64,000 nucleotides of DNA from assembly GCA_963924565.1 (NCBI GenBank), contig OZ004607.1, forward strand, positions 32,488,001 through 32,552,000, written 5' to 3'. The DNA comes from Ascidiella aspersa (taxonomy: Eukaryota). The notes beneath the pieces were generated by a model. It saw nothing but the letters and a program-made list of their open reading frames with translations. It made no database searches and had not been told where the DNA came from. Position numbers and translations under genes: made by a program. Each line of letters opens with the position of its first letter. Within the stretch, counting starts at the first letter, position 1. This document shows positions 61,601 through 64,000 of this stretch, piece by piece.

Positions 61601-63178
61601 AGAGAATGAAGAAAGCCGAACCCACGGACGCCGCTGGAGAGTTTTCAAGTTCGAGCTGTTTGTTGCTGAGCTCTTCGGCTGTTACTTGAAGCGTCCAGTG
61701 AATCTTTGGAACTATCACTGCGGCGCCGTAGAGCCCTTAAAATGACGTAGTAGTTTTTTTTTTCTTATTTTTGGTTTGAGACGTAAAAATTACAATATTC
61801 ACATTACAAAGATGTCATTGATTGTGTCGCAAAAGAAAAAAACATGTCGTTTAGGTTACAGAGGTAGTTTTTTGTATTTAACTTACGTTGTTAAAATAGG
61901 CAAAATAATTTTAATGTGGGGGGGTGGGGGGGGGGGGTATTTTTATTTTTTATTTATTTTTTTAAGAATATAAAAGTCGTTGGAACTCGGTGGTGATTTT
62001 TAAATTACTCGATACTCTTCCTGTGTCCGAGGACTCGTATTATACTCGTTTTGTCGAATTTGTACTCGTATTTACTCGTATTGTACCCCTATATTGTAGT
62101 CGTCGCATCCAAATGTATACCACTTTGTGCTGTCCCAAGGTAGGCCTACCATTTTTGCTAAGGCGACACACCTACCTGAAATGAGGTCGGCGAAGGCCAA
62201 GGAAGCCTTAATGAAGCCGTATTTCTTCCGCTCCTCCGTTGAACTGACGCATACAGTGGCTATCACCAGCAAGTTACCGAAGGTGATGGCAGCAGACAAA
62301 AGTATGGCCACCGAGAGAACAAAGTAACCGCCGACTGGACTGTAAATCGATGCACAGAAATAGGTCGTTTAAAAAAACGTTTTTGTAAATATTTGACTTA
62401 ATTTTTATTCACGGATTGTATACCAGCATCTATTCTAGAATAAAGTCTATATGCAATATATCCCAAATTTCTCTAAAAAAATTCTAAGAAATATATTGAC
62501 TATGATTGACGCCACATTTTCTTGCCACATTGACTTCGTCACATCAAAGGTCATTTTTTTAATTTTCGCTAACCCAGTCTGGATACATCTATTTACAGGA
62601 GTATAAGGATTGTACCGCTCAATAAATAAAAAGACAGATGGATCATACAAAATCAAAACAAAAAATTTTCTGGTGCTGTCGCCAGGTTAAAAAGAGGAAA
62701 AGCGTTAATTAACAAGCATTGCGAGAGTGCCTTAATGTGACACTGGGCATAGGATCAATTGACTTTTTCACAGCGATTCTAGGAATGTCTGATGTGTTGC
62801 ATTTATCCGATTAACATCAGACCAATATAGATATAAGGGAGTTTGGTAACAGCTCCGATAGAAAACTATCGGGCGTTCTTATTTAACACACATATAATAA
62901 TCTGTCCTATGAATGCATTAAAAACAGTTGGCGGATACTTAATAAGCACCACTAAAAACTATAACTTCCTAATAAACGCTGGCCTTCCAGACTTCACAAG
63001 TAAACGTGATGGGAAAATATTTAAATTTTAGGCCTAACCTGCACTCCTCGCAGTCTTTCAAGGCAGTTGAGAAACAAGCGTTGTACGCCTTGTCGCTGCA
63101 AAATCCTGGCATTCCACAAAGTGAGCCGTTCACATCGCGGTCTATTCTTCCCAGCAACGAGGTGGCGATGTTTTCCAT
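58653..63178 (-). CDS. Class A (rhodopsin-like) orphan G protein-coupled receptor, 7 exons, 370 aa
   Basis: Minus-strand exons 63178-63039, 62339-62176, 61735-61445, 60950-60808, 60080-59927, 59395-59293, 58770-58653 (1113 nt, open, GT-AG, phases 2,1,1,0,1,2). TM1 FGNLLVI, TM2 SLAFAD, TM3 SVQRFVAIRWP, TM4 W...P, TM6 KTL...FTITFIP, TM7 SNGLVNVVVY, helix 8 FR; N-terminal sequon NGS. Confidence 0.9.
58800..59150. mobile_element. MITE of the GACTT-repeat family in the last GPCR intron
   Basis: GACTTGACTT arrays and ACACGTAAAACATT core shared with 9357-9736. Confidence 0.55.
59519..59718 (+). repeat. Duplicated ~55-bp block in a GPCR intron
   Basis: TATGCAC-AATATTTGGAATGAC-CCCATGT-AAGACGTTTCGAA-TACTTTA at ~59519 and ~59662. 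Confidence 0.75.
61023..61390. mobile_element. Degenerate hAT-type MITE in a GPCR intron
   Basis: Left end CAGTGGTTCTCTAACTTT with GGAGGACCCC subterminal motif; right end degenerate. Confidence 0.4.
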
Positions 63179-63946
63179 GAGCTTTCACCAGTGTTTGTTA
63201 ACTTCGAAAAACAGACTAGTATATAACTGAAACATAATTGTAAAAACCTTTTTCGTGGAAGGCTAATTTCGAAGCCCTGAACAAATGAAAGTTTACAGGT
63301 GTTCTTGACTAGACCTCTATACTTTATAACCGTAGCTTATTTAGCACCGTATGCACTGCGCGTGTTTTTGCCTCGGTCGATTATCGACTGCGAATTAAAA
63401 TACTCAATGCCCAGAAATGCTATTATTTCGGCAATCTTTAATCGATTTTTCGTTTTGTCCTACCTGTTTACCTGCAAAACGTTTTTTTCGTTTTTTTACA
63501 GCAGCTTTGTTTTCCTTCTAGTCTCTTTCAATCAGTTAGACCCGTTAGATATTTAGCCTCCTGAAGTTTTTAACCTGGGCTTTTAAGACCATACAGACCA
63601 CAATGGCATGTGATTGATTTAGCGAGTAGCAAACTTCAAATATACCCCCGGGGTCTATTTTTGCGTGAATTGTGTAACGACCACATTATGGTCACGTTTA
63701 CACCACAAAAGATACGCGACAAAAGAGGTCGGTTTAGGCCTAAATTATTTATACGTCACGGTTCTAGGATCGGCCATTCTCACCTGATCGCTATTGTTAG
63801 CCTTTCGAAAAACATCTTGACTGCAGACACGCTATCGTTATTGAAATACATGTTTTGCCAAACCGGGGTTGTGAGAAAGTCATCTCTTCATGGGGTTGAT
63901 GAGCCTAACCGGATAATTAGCATCACAAGTGCTTGAAATTTTGAAT

Positions 63947-64000
63947 CAGGGATGGGCAACCTTTTTCTGGTTTCTGGCCAGACCCAAGCTCAGAACGGTC
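63947..64000 (+). mobile_element. Left end of a hAT-type element running off the window
   Basis: CAGGGATGGGCAACCTTTTT...GGCCAG. Confidence 0.5.

Noticed and set aside
51317-63178. Functional coupling of the GPCR with neighbouring PI synthases (phosphoinositide signalling cluster)
   Set aside because: Only adjacency in convergent orientation; no shared promoter or other evidence in the sequence.

Overview
Eukaryotic (invertebrate animal) genomic DNA; a tunicate origin is plausible but is only an inference. I reconstructed five spliced genes by hand, all with GT-AG introns and consistent phases. (1) A K50 paired-class homeobox gene, goosecoid (+, CDS 15967-25518, 4 exons, 269 aa, N-terminal eh1 motif), lies in a ~30 kb GC/CpG-richer regulatory landscape. 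(2-4) Three tandem, intact but divergent phosphatidylinositol-synthase (CDIPT/PIS)-like genes lie at + 35197-38667, 42208-46273 and 51317-56631, with 6 exons each. (5) A 7-exon class A orphan GPCR (-, 63178-58653, 370 aa) has non-canonical activation motifs. The remainder holds many non-autonomous DNA transposons (hAT-type and GG-ended foldbacks with 8-bp TSDs, several confirmed by empty sites in the paralogous CDIPT copies), a tRNA-derived SINE family and short tandem duplications. The best novelty candidate is the CDIPT-like triplet: it keeps the CDP-binding motif but all copies share substitutions next to the active site and lack the C-terminal dilysine, suggesting a neofunctionalised phospholipid-synthase subfamily. 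No prokaryote-type system (CRISPR, operonic defence genes) is present. Comparisons with human and yeast proteins are from memory, not from a search.
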